Assembly (NCBI RefSeq): GCF_006345805.1
Contig: NC_043015.1
Coordinates: 26,412,001 to 26,476,000 of the forward strand
DNA from: Octopus sinensis
Lineage: Eukaryota
DNA length: 64,000 nucleotides
Direction of reading: 5' to 3'
The position numbers and the translations under genes are program-made. Within the stretch, counting starts at the first letter, position 1; every line of letters begins with the position of its first letter. The notes beneath the pieces were generated by a model. That model was not told where the DNA came from, did no database searches, and saw only the letters and a list, made by a program, of their open reading frames with translations. Positions 1 through 12,577 of this stretch are shown one piece after another.

Positions 1-474
1 GTGTGGGCGTGCGAAGCCTTTAAACGGCTGCCGTGATGTAATGGTGTTACAAAATTTGACTTGTGCATATTAATTTCCATTATGTCCTTTATATTGTCGC
101 AAAATATCATGCATTTATTTGTAAAGTTATGGAAGTTATTATAAATTAAAACCCATCAGTGACTTCAGGCTCTGATTCCTCTTGAAAATCAGGACGCTGG
201 CCCGAAAAATATCGCGATAAGTAAAGGAGATAGTAGATGCATCTTCTCGCCTTACCTGTGACCAATTGCTTGATTTTCAAATAGAATCGATTATTTGGTC
301 CTGTCTGAAGTTTGTTTGGAGATGGAAGGCGTTATAAAAGCCTGCCCAGAACCGTTTGGCCAAAGTGTCAAAACTATAAGTTGATATAGCTTTATTTTGC
401 GTACTTTAAAGGATGTGTATCTCTCACTGGATGAAGTAATGTTTTGTTGATCTTACCTCAAAGGAACAGTGAAC

Positions 475-476
<2 letters not shown>

Positions 477-505
<29 letters not shown>

Positions 506-580
506 TGTATGTATGTATGTATGTATGTATGTATGTGTGTATGTATGTATGTATGTATGTGTATATATATATATATATAC
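477..580. repeat. (TATG)n/(TA)n microsatellite
   Basis: Direct tandem TATG then TA; source of spurious ORF 453..683. Confidence 0.95.
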
Positions 581-1130
581 ATACATAAATACGTACATCA
601 TTATATGAGTGTGCATCGGAAATAAGGCGATGTCGTGTTTGTTTTATCCGTCTCGTAGATATGTTTTGTCTATTAAATGACAAAACGTTCCGGCATTTTC
701 CTTCTCCTTTCGTTGACTCTTTCTCATCTTCCTTCCTCGTGCGCCATCAACCCCGATACAACTTTACAGCATTTCTATGTGTTCATTTGTAATGCCGCTG
801 TCATGATACACACGTCTATAAAACAAGCCCTAGGTGAAATTTCAAGCAAACTCTTATCATACTTAACAAGTAAGTGCGTGTTTGTGCACACTCACGCACA
901 CACACAGACACACACACACACACACACGCACAGTAAAACATGTATGTATATGTGTATTTATACGTGTGCGCATATATATCCATATACTTACATATATATA
1001 TACTTACATATATACGTATACTTACATATATATATACATATTCATATATACATATGTCTATGCATATATTTATACATACATCTGTTTCCAAAATTGCCTA
1101 TATATAAAAATATGCTTACATGTGTATTAA

Positions 1131-1197
<67 letters not shown>

Positions 1198-1276
1198 ATA
1201 TATATATATATGCGTGTGTGTGTGTGTGTATACATACATATATATATATATGTATGTATATGTAAATATATATATA

Positions 1277-1333
<57 letters not shown>

Positions 1334-1447
1334 ATATTTCGGAATGGTCATATTGCCAGTTTAGCCAATAAAAACACACGCACTATATATTTGGTGTTAT
1401 TTTGCTTCAGTGATATTTATTTTTTACATTAATCTTAATCTTATTTC

Positions 1448-1492
1448 GGCCAAAGTTCTTTCGTCACACTCCTGTGACCGCGTCAGTGGTCC
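1448..1492 (-). ncRNA. Degenerate type I hammerhead-like motif (copies also at 2044-2088 on - and 5062-5106 on +)
   Basis: GGACCA CTGAYGC GGTCACA GGAG TGTGAC GAAAG AA CTT TGGCC: 6-bp stem II, stem I CCA/TGG. The core deviates (A9->C, one unpaired G) and stem III is minimal. Confidence 0.4.
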
Positions 1493-1892
1493 TTTGTTTT
1501 CTTCTCACTTATTTGTGTCTCTCCTTACTAACCGTCAGCCATTTTGTATTTCTATTGTATGTCTTCATTTGCGCATGCTTATATCTCTATGTGCGTCTAT
1601 GTTTATTTAGTGTGTGTGTGGGGGGGATGCCTGTAATATTTGTATCTTCTGTTTATATACATTCATGTAATTTGTATTTTGTTTTTGTTGTTGTTGCTTT
1701 TGTTCTAATTTTGTTCATGTGTTTACATCCACCCATTATTATCATTACATATGCTTGTATGTATGTATAACAACAATATTAGTAATAATAATAATAAATC
1801 TAATCGAAAAAAAAAATTTAAAAAAATATATATATATATTATATATATATATATACATATATACACACACATATACACATATACATATATAT

Positions 1893-1925
<33 letters not shown>

Positions 1926-2421
1926 TGTTATATTTCGGAATGGTCATATTGCCAGTTTAGCCAATAAAAACACACGCACTATATATTTGGTGTTATTTTG
2001 CTTCAGTGATATTTATTTTTTACATTAATCTTAATCTTATTTCGGCCAAAGTTCTTTCGTCACACTCCTGTGACCGCGTCAGTGGTCCTTTGTTTTCTTC
2101 TCACTTATTTGTGTCTCTCCTTACTAACCGTCAGCCATTTTGTATTTCTATTGTATGTCTTCATTTGCGCATGCTTATATCTCTATGTGCGTCTATGTTT
2201 ATTTAGTGTGTGTGTGGGGGGGATGCCTGTAATATTTGTATCTTCTGTTTATATACATTCATGTAATTTGTATTTTGTTTTTGTTGTTGTTGCTTTTGTT
2301 CTAATTTTGTTCATGTGTTTACATCCACCCATTATTATCATTACATATGCTTGTATGTATGTATAACAACAATATTAGTAATAATAATAATAAATCTAAT
2401 CGAAAAAAAAAATTAAAAAAA

Positions 2422-2452
<31 letters not shown>

Positions 2453-2592
2453 TACACACACATATACACATATACATATATATATATATATATTCACATA
2501 TACATACATAGATACATATACATATATATAGTTATTCATTTCTATTTCTTTAATTATTTGTGTATTTATTATGTTTGCAGGATCCACTATCA

Positions 2593-3260
2593 TCATATGT
2601 TGTGGTGTGTGCTATTGCTCCATTCTAGTTTTCTATTCAGGCTAGGTTTATTTTCTATTATATGTGTAGCTTCTGTAATTTGTCTAATTGTTGCATCTGT
2701 TCTATGTGTGGACAATATCTTAATCTCTATGTTATTGATTGATCCCCCGTGTTCCTGTTCGGCGTGTTGGTACAGAATCGATGAGCTCTTACCTTCCTTG
2801 AGTTGTCTCCAATGTTCATTCACCCGCTCTCCAATGCTTCTTGCTGTTTCCCCTACGTATGTTACTGTCTTGTTACTGCATCGTCCCTCTATACATCTTA
2901 TACTATAGACCACATTTCTGGCTTTACAGTTTGTTTGTGGGCTAAATCTACATACAGTGCAATAGTTATCCGTACAGAGGGTTCTACTAAAAGGATAGGT
3001 TCTACCAATTATAGATCTGATAGGGTTGCCTGGCTTTTCAACAACCTTAATTCTTAGTTTAAGTTTATCTAGGGTCCTTCTAAAGCGGTACGCCAGTTCA
3101 CCTCCAGGGGTGGTGTCAACGAACATGACACTCTGGTATTTATGGCTATCATACCAAGAGTTGGCCTTCCCTATTTTCTTTTTTGTCCTTTCTATAGTGT
3201 TCCATGACTTGTTCCTATAGAGTGGGCAAATCCCATTCCTATCATTACATAATATATTAT
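2593..3260 (-). pseudogene. PLE C-terminal linker plus GIY-YIG endonuclease (Naiad-like), 5'-truncated
   Basis: PLYR..W...R.KK..K..WY...VMFV..TPGGEL, Cys linker CTDNYCTVC, VVYSIRC...TYVGET.RS..ER.NEH, H..QEH, RQITEA, LNRKLEW. Clade call is from recalled motifs. Confidence 0.85.
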
Positions 3261-4154
3261 GCAGTTCTCAGGTTACAGCCATAAAGAAAGGATCAGAGTA
3301 TACAAAGGAGCCATGAAAAAAAGAAATTTGATAATATATTATGTAATGATAGGAATGGGATTTGCCCACTCTATAGGAACAAGTCATGGAACACTATAGA
3401 AAGGACAGAAAAGAAAATAGGGAAGGCCAACTCTTGGTATGATAGCCATAAATACCAGAGTGTCATGTTCGTTGACACCACCCCTGGAGGTGAACTGGCG
3501 TACCGCTTTAGAAGGACCCTAGATAAACTTAAACTAAGAATTAAGGTTGTTGAAAAGCCAGGCAACCCTATCAGATCTATAATTGGTAGAACCTATCCTT
3601 TTAGTAGAACCCTCTGTACGGATAACTATTGCACTGTATGTAGATTTAGCCCACAAACAAACTGTAAAGCCAGAATGTGGTCTATAGTATAAGATGTATA
3701 GAGGGACGATGCAGTAACAAGACAGTAACATACGTAGGGGAAACAGCAAGAAGCATTGGAGAGCGGGTGAATGAACATTGGAGACAACTCAAGGAAGGTC
3801 AGAGCTCATCGATTCTGTACCAACACGCCGAACAGGAACACGGGGGATCAATCAATAACATAGAGATTAAGATATTGTCCACACATAGAACAGATGCAAC
3901 AATTAGACAAATTACAGAAGCTACACATATAATAGAAAATAAACCTAGCTTGAATAGAAAACTAGAATGGAGCAATAGCACACACCACAACATATGATGA
4001 TAGTGGATCCTGCAAACATAATAAATACACAGATAATTAAAGAAATAGAAATAAATAACTATATATATGTATATGTATCTATGTATGTATATGTGAATAT
4101 ATATATATATATGAATATGTGTATATGTGTGTGTATATATATATATATATATAT

Positions 4155-4720
4155 AACATTATTGGTGAATTGAAGAAATGGAGCTGAACGCAGATTGAAC
4201 AGAAATCGTTTTATTTCATTCTACACGTGTTTCGAAAGGCACAAATTACCAAAATCCGATTGAATAATGGGACCATATTGTGTCTTTCTCTTCAGGGAGA
4301 AAAAAGGAAATCCGTTGGAAAAACAAAAACAGAACAGAGGCGGGCTCTTAGGAGCACAGTTCGATTTGTTTTTTGCTCCGCCTCTGTTCTGTTTTTGTTT
4401 TTCCAACGGATTTCCTTTTTTCTCCTCTGAAGAGAAAGACACAATATGGTCCCATTATTCAATCGGATTTTGGTAATTTGTGCCTTTCGAAACACGTGTA
4501 GAATGAAATAAAACGATTTCTGTTCAATCTGCGTTCAGCTCCATTTCTTCAATTCACCAATAATGTTTTAATTTCAATTATCCGCACCAACGCACGGTTG
4601 CAACGCCAGATGGTTGTACCTCCAACCGTGCTGTTTACTGCTGTGATTTTTGCTACTAAGGTATCGGTTAAACTGTTGATTAATCTACTACAAGATTATT
4701 CATCTTTCTATTTCACATTA
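4155..4720 (+). mobile_element. Short fold-back PLE pseudo-LTR insertion (arms 4155-4343 and 4378-4567, 34-bp spacer, 3' extension to about 4720)
   Basis: Arms are reverse complements apart from one indel; flanked by (TA)n; carries an HHR core. Confidence 0.8.
4420..4508 (+). ncRNA. Type I hammerhead motif (mirror copy about 4214-4302 on -)
   Basis: CTGAAGA 4427-4433; stem II GAAAGACACAA/TTGTGCCTTTC (10 of 11 pairs); GAAAC 4489-4493; palindromic stem III ACACGTGT; GTA cleavage triplet 4498-4500. Stem I pairs poorly. Confidence 0.6.
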
Positions 4721-5282
4721 TATATATATATATTTTTTTTTTTCTTTTTTTTTCGATTAGATTTATTATTATTATTACTAATATTGTTGTTATACATACA
4801 TACAAGCATATGTAATGATAATAATGGGTGGATGTAAACACATGAACAAAATTAGAACAAAAGCAACAACAACAAAACAAATACAAATTACATGAATGTA
4901 TATACAGAAGATACAAATATTACAGGCATCCCCCCACACACACACTAAATAAACATAGACGCACATAGAGATATAAGCATGCGCAAATGAAGACATACAA
5001 TAGAAATACAAAATGGCTGACGGTTGTAAGGAGAGACACAAATAAGTGAGAAGAAAACAAAGGACCACTGATGCGGTCACAGGAGTGTGACGAAAGAACT
5101 TTGGCCGAAATAGGATTAAGATTAATGTAAAAAATAAATATCACTGAAGCAAAATAACACCAAATATATAGTGCGTGTGTTTTTATTGGCTAAACTGGCA
5201 ATATGACCATTCCGAAATATAACAATATCTGTTTCAACACACGACTTCACATAAAAAATCTTGCACAACAAATATTTAAACG

Positions 5283-5327
<45 letters not shown>

Positions 5328-5448
5328 TAAGCAATAAAGGGTTTAGCAACGAATTGCCTTACCACATACCGAATTTAGAAATAGCAGTCAAAGAGTTATA
5401 GCTATTTCTTCTACTAAAAAGGGAGATCTCAGTAAAAACAGCAATTGG

Positions 5449-5850
5449 AATGGCTGTGTGGTAAGTAGCTTGCTAACCAACCACATGGTTCCGGGTTCAG
5501 TCCCACTGTGTGGCATCTTGGGCAAGTGTCTTCTGCTATAGCCCCGGGCCGACCAATGCCTTGTGAGTGGATTTGGTAGACAGAAACTGAAAGAAGCCTG
5601 TCGTATATATTTATATATATATATATGTGTGTGTGTGTTTGTGTGTCTGTGTTTGTCCCCCTAGTATTGCTTGACAACTGATGCTGGTGTGTTTACGTCC
5701 CCGTCACTTAGCGGTTCGGTAAAAGAGACCGGTAGAATAAGTACTCGGCTTACAAAGAATAAGTCCCGGGGTCGAGTTGCTCGACTAAAGGCGGTGCTCC
5801 AGCATGGCCGCAGTCAAATGACTGAAACAAGTAAAAGTGTAAAAAGAGTA
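5449..5850 (+). mobile_element. tRNA-derived SINE, family 1
   Basis: Head TGGCTGTGTGGTAAG...GGTTCAGTCCC (A/B-box-like), CTTGGGCAAGTG core-like block, internal microsatellite, tail GAAACAAGTAAAAG; multiple copies in window. Confidence 0.9.
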
Positions 5851-5881
5851 ATATATATATATATTATATATATATCTATAT

Positions 5882-5924
<43 letters not shown>

Positions 5925-6136
5925 AGCAATGCTATTATTACCCGTTTGTACATGCAGTCTATATATTTTTAAATGTCGTTGTTTAATACAACTTACGTAT
6001 AAACACAGTCATATATAAATGCCAGAGGGTGTCAATGCATATACTCATGTATGTATCCTGTAAGCTCAAATAAACATCACAAATATACACATGCAAACAT
6101 ACACAAATTTACACGCGCGCACACACACACACACTC

Positions 6137-6188
<52 letters not shown>

Positions 6189-6990
6189 CGGAAACACATA
6201 CACGTATACTTAAATATAAACATACACAAAAACATACCTACTTCACATACGTACCTCAAATAGGTTGACGCAGATACATACATTCATTCATATAAGCACA
6301 TACACGCATACATACGTGCATACATACATACATACGTGCATGCATGCATACATACATACATACATACATACATACATACATACATACATACATACATACA
6401 TACATACATACATAAACGCACATATGCACACATATAAATTAAGTTAGCGTTTTCCGAAAGTGATTTCTTAGGACGGCTTGAAGCAATTACAAATCTCTTT
6501 TATGTTTTTATCACCTGAATCCAGAAGATAGAAACATGGCGTCATTGCGGTGACGGGGAGAGGGACGGGCGGGAGGAGGATAGAGGAGAAGGAAGAAAGA
6601 GACGACGAGGCTGGGGAATTGATGCAGACTGAACGTTATCTTCGCATTACTTCCCAACACAATGATCAACGCGTTCTCCTACCCTGCACACACACACACA
6701 CTCATACACACACACATGTATAAGTATGCCTGTATAAATATATATGCATATATAAGAATATATACACATATAATCGTAATTATAGATATATGTGTATGTA
6801 TGTATATAAAGTTGACATGCATATAATTTAATATGTGTGTATATTTACGCCTGTGTATACGTACGTGCCTCAATAAATACATGTTTATATATGTTTATGT
6901 ATAGACATTTATTTGTAAATATATATATATATATATATACGTAACATTATACATGAATGTATATACATATATATAAGTATATATATATAT

Positions 6991-7221
6991 CTTTCTCTTT
7001 TTACTCTTTTACTTGTTTCAGTCATTTGACTGCGGCCATGCTGCAGCACCGCCTTTAGTCGAGCAAATCGACCTCGGGACTTATTCTTTGTAAGCCCAGT
7101 ACTTATTCTATCGGTCTCTTTTGCCGAACCGCTAAGTGACGGGGACGTAAACACACCACCATCGGTTGTCAAGCAATGCTAAGGGGGCCAAACACAGACA
7201 CAAAAACACACACACACACTC

Positions 7222-7267
<46 letters not shown>

Positions 7268-7436
7268 TATATACGACAGGCTTCTTTCAGTTTCCGTCTA
7301 CCAAATCCACTCACAAGGCATTGGTCGGCCCGAGGCTATAGCAGAAGACACTTGCCCAAGATGCCACGCAGTGGGACTGAACCCAGAACCATGTGGTTAG
7401 TAGGGAAGCTACTTACCACACAGCCACTCCTGCGCC
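6991..7436 (-). mobile_element. tRNA-derived SINE, family 1 (full length)
   Basis: Reverse complement of the family 1 unit, beginning GGCGCAGGAGTGGCTGTGTGG. Confidence 0.92.
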
Positions 7437-7467
7437 TATATATATATATATATATATAAATATATAT

Positions 7468-9557
7468 TACATTATATAAAAGGGCTTAGTAAAATAAATT
7501 ACTTTGCCGCATACTGAACTCGTTAGAAATAGCAGCTAAAAAAACTTTTTATAAAACTATTTCTAACACTTAAAGAAAACCTCTCTCATATAGTGTTTGC
7601 TCAATTCAACTCAAGGAAGTATGGGGGTAGAGACATTAAAAAATCAAATGCAAAGGTTTTTTGAGTACGTACGTTTCAAGATTAGTCAAAATCGACCCTT
7701 CTCTCATCAGCTCAGATGTGCCCTTGCTTGAATCTGAAAACACTGAAAATGGGAGCATACCCTTTCGGCTTGTTATCGCTTCTGAAGATCTGTTCCAAAC
7801 TAACAGTGCTAACAAACTCAAATATGCAAGCGAAGAATTTCTGCTCTCCCCTTTCCACCAGCGTGGGTTAAAATCAGCAAACACTATGTTTTTTTCGGTA
7901 AAATCCGAGACATTAAGTAGAGAGAGATGAATTATAATTTCAACAATTGAGGGTAAAATTAATTAATTAATTAATCAATTTCACCAAGTATTCAGTATGC
8001 AAAGGGACCATTTAAGGCGAATTCAAATTATTACATTATATAAAAGGGCTTAGTAAAATAAATTACTTTGCCGCATACTGAACTCGTTAGAAATAGCAGC
8101 TAAAAAAACTTTTTATAAAACTATTTCTAACACTTAAAGAAAACCTCTCTCATATAGTGTTTGCTCAATTCAACTCAAGGAAGTATGGGGTAAGAGACAT
8201 TAAAAAATCAAATGCAAAGGTTATTTGAGTACGTACGTTTCAAGATTAGTCAAAATCGACCCTTCTCTCATCAGCTCAGAATGCCCTTGCTTGAATCTGA
8301 AAACACTGAAAATGGGAGCATACCCTTTCGGCTTGTTATCGCTTCTGAAGATCTGTTCCAAACTAACAGTGCTAACAAACTCAAATATGCAAGCGAAGAA
8401 TTTCTGCTCTCCCCTTTCCACCAGCGTGGGTTGAAATTATAATTCATCTCTCTCTACTTAATGTCTCGGATTTTACCGAAAAAAACATAGTGTTTGCTGA
8501 TTTTAACCCACGCTGGTGGAAAGGGGAGAGCAGAAATTCTTCGCTTGCATATTTGAGTTTGTTAGCACTGTTAGTTTGGAACAGATCTTCAGAAGCGATA
8601 ACAAGCCGAAAGGTATGCTCCATTTTCAGTGTTTTCAGATTCAAGCAAGGGCATTCTGAGCTGATGAGAGAAGGGTCGATTTTGACTAATCTTGAAACGT
8701 ACGTACTCAAATAACCTTTGCATTTGATTTTTTAATGTCTCTACCCCCATACTTCCTTGAGTTGAATTGAGCAAACACTATATGAGAGAGTTTTCTTTAA
8801 GTGTTAGAAATAGTTTTATAAAAAGTTTTTTTAGCTGCTATTTCTAACGAGTTCATATGCGGCAAAGTAATTTATTTTACTAAGCCCTTTTATATAATGT
8901 AATAATTTGAATTCGCCTTAAATGGTCCCTTTGCATACTGAATACTTGGTGAAATTGATTATTAATTAATTAATTTTACCCTCAATTGTTGAAATTATAA
9001 TTCATCTCTCTCTACTTAATGTCTCGGATTTTACCGAAAAAAACATAGTGTTTGCTGATTTTAACCCACGCTGGTGGAAAGGGGAGAGCAGAAATTCTTC
9101 GCTTGCATATTTGAGTTTGTTAGCACTGTTAGTTTGGAACAGATCTTCAGAAGCGATAACAAGCCGAAAGGGTATGCTCCCATTTTCAGTGTTTTCAGAT
9201 TCAAGCAAGGGCATTCTGAGCTGATGAGAGAAGGGTCGATTTTGACTAATCTTGAAACGTACGTACTCAAAAAACCTTTGCATTTGATTTTTTAATGTCT
9301 CTACCCCCATACTTCCTTGAGTTGAATTGAGCAAACACTATATGAGAGAGGTTTTCTTTAAGTGTTAGAAATAGTTTTATAAAAAGTTTTTTTAGCTGCT
9401 ATTTCTAACGAGTTCAGTATGCGGCAAAGTAATTTATTTTACTAAGCCCTTTTATATAATGTAATAATTTGAATTCGCCTTAAATGGTCCCTTTGCATAC
9501 TGAATACTTGGTGAAATTGATTAATTAATTAATTAATTTTACCCTCAATTGTTGAAA

Positions 9558-9558
<1 letters not shown>
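7468..9558. mobile_element. ORF-less ~560-bp HHR-containing unit: tandem dimer plus inverted dimer (retrozyme-like or PLE pseudo-LTR array)
   Basis: Units about 7468-8030 and 8031-8432 on -, 8433-8990 and 8991-9558 on +; 72-bp central spacer 8433-8504; TA tracts on both flanks. Confidence 0.85.
8654..8712 (+). ncRNA. Type I hammerhead ribozyme (copies about 9214-9272 on +, 7660-7716 and 8225-8280 on -)
   Basis: TGAG CTGATGA GAGA-agg-GTC-gatttt-GAC-taa-TCTT GAAAC GTAC GTA CTCA: intact core, stem I TGAG/CTCA, palindromic stem III ACGTACGT, predicted cut after 8705. Confidence 0.75.
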
Positions 9559-9588
<30 letters not shown>

Positions 9589-9832
9589 CGCACATACATA
9601 CATATATATATATACATATATATATAAATACATATATGTATATATATATACGTATATATATATATATCTATATATATTTGTGTGTTTGTGATTTAGTATG
9701 TGAATGTGTGTACGCCGTTTCATGATAAACAGAGACATAAATAGACAGTCACACACAAAGACATGCACAAATACATATAAATATACACACTTAAACACAC
9801 ACTTACACACACGCACACAATATGTTCGTATG

Positions 9833-9889
<57 letters not shown>

Positions 9890-9920
9890 ATGTGTATCTG
9901 TGTGTGTGAGTGTGTATATC

Positions 9921-9981
<61 letters not shown>

Positions 9982-12029
9982 AGTAACTAAAACGACCTCA
10001 AAATCCATATTAATGCTTCACGCAGGTATCGATCAATTTATCGATATACAGTAAATCAATACTCGATTCAAACTATTGTATCCATGTAGCATTGATACAA
10101 TAGAAAAATTTCGTGACGATACAATAAGAAATAGAAAAAGAAAGATTAAAGAATTGGTAATGTTTCTGTAGGAAACATAATTTGGGGTTATTGTCTTTAT
10201 GTTCCCCTTGTTTTTTTATATTATTTAATCCGAGGATGGAGGTCAATATTCATGCTTATTTTTGCTAAGAGATTAAGGGAGACAAGAAATGCAAGTAAAT
10301 CATCACAGGTCATAGTTTATCTGCAGGTGTAATTCTTACAACAATCAGGATTTCACTAATACCACCCAAACCCCATGGAGTAATAGAGATATGGATGACG
10401 GATGAAATTTATGAGTAAATGAACCGCCAGGTTAAACTTATGTTCATCGACATGTGTGCTGTTTGTGGACTTGAATTTAAGGACAAATTTAAGGAGAAGC
10501 GACGGTAGAATGGACAGGACAGGGGGATCAGGGTAAGGGGATCAGGGCAAAGGGATCAGGAAGTAAACTTCACAGCTATGCAGTCGCGGTTTTTCGAATT
10601 TGTTTATTGAAAATAATTGTGCCGAAAATAAATATTGCTGTGTTATTATAAGAACTTCCCTTGAATATATTTATTGTAGATTTTTGGAGCTGAATTCAGC
10701 TGGTGCAACCCCCTGCTTAGTTTCCATGAATTTTAGAGTAGTCCTATAATTTTCATGTGTAAAGTTCCGCTTCTTCACAAGCGTAGATACACTCATATAT
10801 ACACACGCACATACACACATATAAAACATAATATTGTTAAAATATCATTTGTTGGAAGATTGGAGAAATAATTGACAAAAAATTCCATCTTTGGAGAACT
10901 TAAATGAAATCAGTGAAGAATAAAGAGCTTCGACACCATTACAAGATTTGGCACACATTGTCCAGTTTGGATAATATAATGCAGCCTCCATGCTGTTTCT
11001 AAAGGACAACAAATCTTGGATGAAATATCTTTTCATTCTGGGCATGCTCTATCATGGCCAGAAGCATTCGTTGAAACTATTCAAGCAAGAGTTTCAGTCA
11101 TTAATAAGACATTAGCAAGTTTCAAATTTGTTGTACAAAGATCAGACGCTTTATACATTCGAACGGATCGAGAATTCCTAAGTGTGAATACTTACATTGT
11201 TTTTTTTTTAATTAAGGTGTCATCTAAATCACAGATCATCCATGTCACAGACTATATAATTCATTAGTCTTTACAGTCACTTACAACTTCCAATCTACCC
11301 ATAAAAGTGTTTAACGCTGATCGAATAAATACAAAATCAAACGGAAGTTATTGCATCTGTGGCCACCCACTCTGAGTTTTATACCGGGACTACATGGTAC
11401 AATGCATCCTGTTTCTTAATTTAAATGTCATTTTGTGTGATTCAAGAGTAATGTTGTTGTATCCAGAGGTTCGAGTAATAGATTGTTCCAATCATGACTA
11501 AACATGTTGATTTATATCAAGGAATACGTTACGCATGGATCCAGCCTTTAAATTTTAACCATTTTGCGTGAATCATGGGAGAACTGCTTGTTTTATCTAG
11601 AAGACTGAATGGCAACCGGCTCCATTCGTGACCATCCCGACTTGTTTTATATAAAGAAATAAGCTGTGCATTGAATTCAGATTTTTTAAAATTTTATAAC
11701 AATTTTGCACGAATGGATGAAGAAATTTTTGTCGTTTCGAGAAGATCGATCGCCAAATTCGAGGCCCCAACCTTGATTGCTGTCCCTTTGGACGTTGTCC
11801 TTTTGGAATGACCCGCGTTTAGAGATAATTTCACCCCAGTTTGTACTTCAAAGGCTAAATTGACGAAAAGAACATTAGACTTATTTAATATTTTAGGCTT
11901 TTCCGCTATTTACCATTTAAAACTGGCGAGATAAAATCTAATGTGTCTGTTTCTGGTCTTTGAACGAATTACAAAAATATATAAATAAATAAATGAGAGC
12001 CTTAATAATTGTGTACACACGCGCACAAA

Positions 12030-12105
<76 letters not shown>

Positions 12106-12219
12106 TGCCATACAAGCGCACACCACAGGCGCCTTCGCACTTCCCCACACATAGACTTGTCAATGATATATATATACGATCTATCTATCTCTCTATCTCT
12201 CTATCTATCTATCTATCTC

Positions 12220-12319
<100 letters not shown>

Positions 12320-12535
12320 CATACATACATACATACATACATACATACATACATACATCATACATACATATACATACATACATGCATACAATCATACACA
12401 TATGTATGTATATGTGAGTAGATTTCAGTGTGTGTATAAGCATGAAAATTTAACAAAAATATGCTCACCTCTATACACCAACAGCATAATACACACATAT
12501 TTACATATATGTCGATGTTTAGATGTGTGTATATG

Positions 12536-12577
<42 letters not shown>

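Larger units (their letters stand above)
1330..3260 (-). mobile_element. 3' fragment of Penelope-like retroelement (Naiad-like) with tandemly duplicated 3' UTR/pseudo-LTR; left arm of a palindrome
   Basis: GIY-YIG ORF end (3126->2593) followed on - by 3' UTR; the UTR unit occurs twice (about 1330-1820 and 1926-2420, period 596 bp). Confidence 0.85.
3261..5285 (+). mobile_element. Right arm of palindrome: same Naiad-like PLE 3' fragment, interrupted at 4155-4720 by a second element
   Basis: 3331-4154 is the reverse complement of about 2421-3260; about 4735-5225 is the reverse complement of 1926-2420. ORFs 3465..3692 and 3677..3997 are split by a 1-nt deletion. Confidence 0.88.

Noticed and set aside
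677-835. Signal-peptide-like start MTKRSGIFLLLSLTLSHLPSSCA with a possible donor
   Set aside because: Hydrophobicity comes from a CT-rich stretch, the ORF runs into microsatellites, and I found no partner exon.
3990-4070. Selenocysteine/SECIS in the Naiad-like element (some Naiads encode selenoproteins)
   Set aside because: All Cys codons in the fragment are TGT/TGC. The ATGA...AAA...GA stretch after the stop has no complementary helix.
10845-11267. Short ORFs in unique-looking DNA
   Set aside because: All frames contain stops and I recognised no motif; possibly an old transposon remnant.
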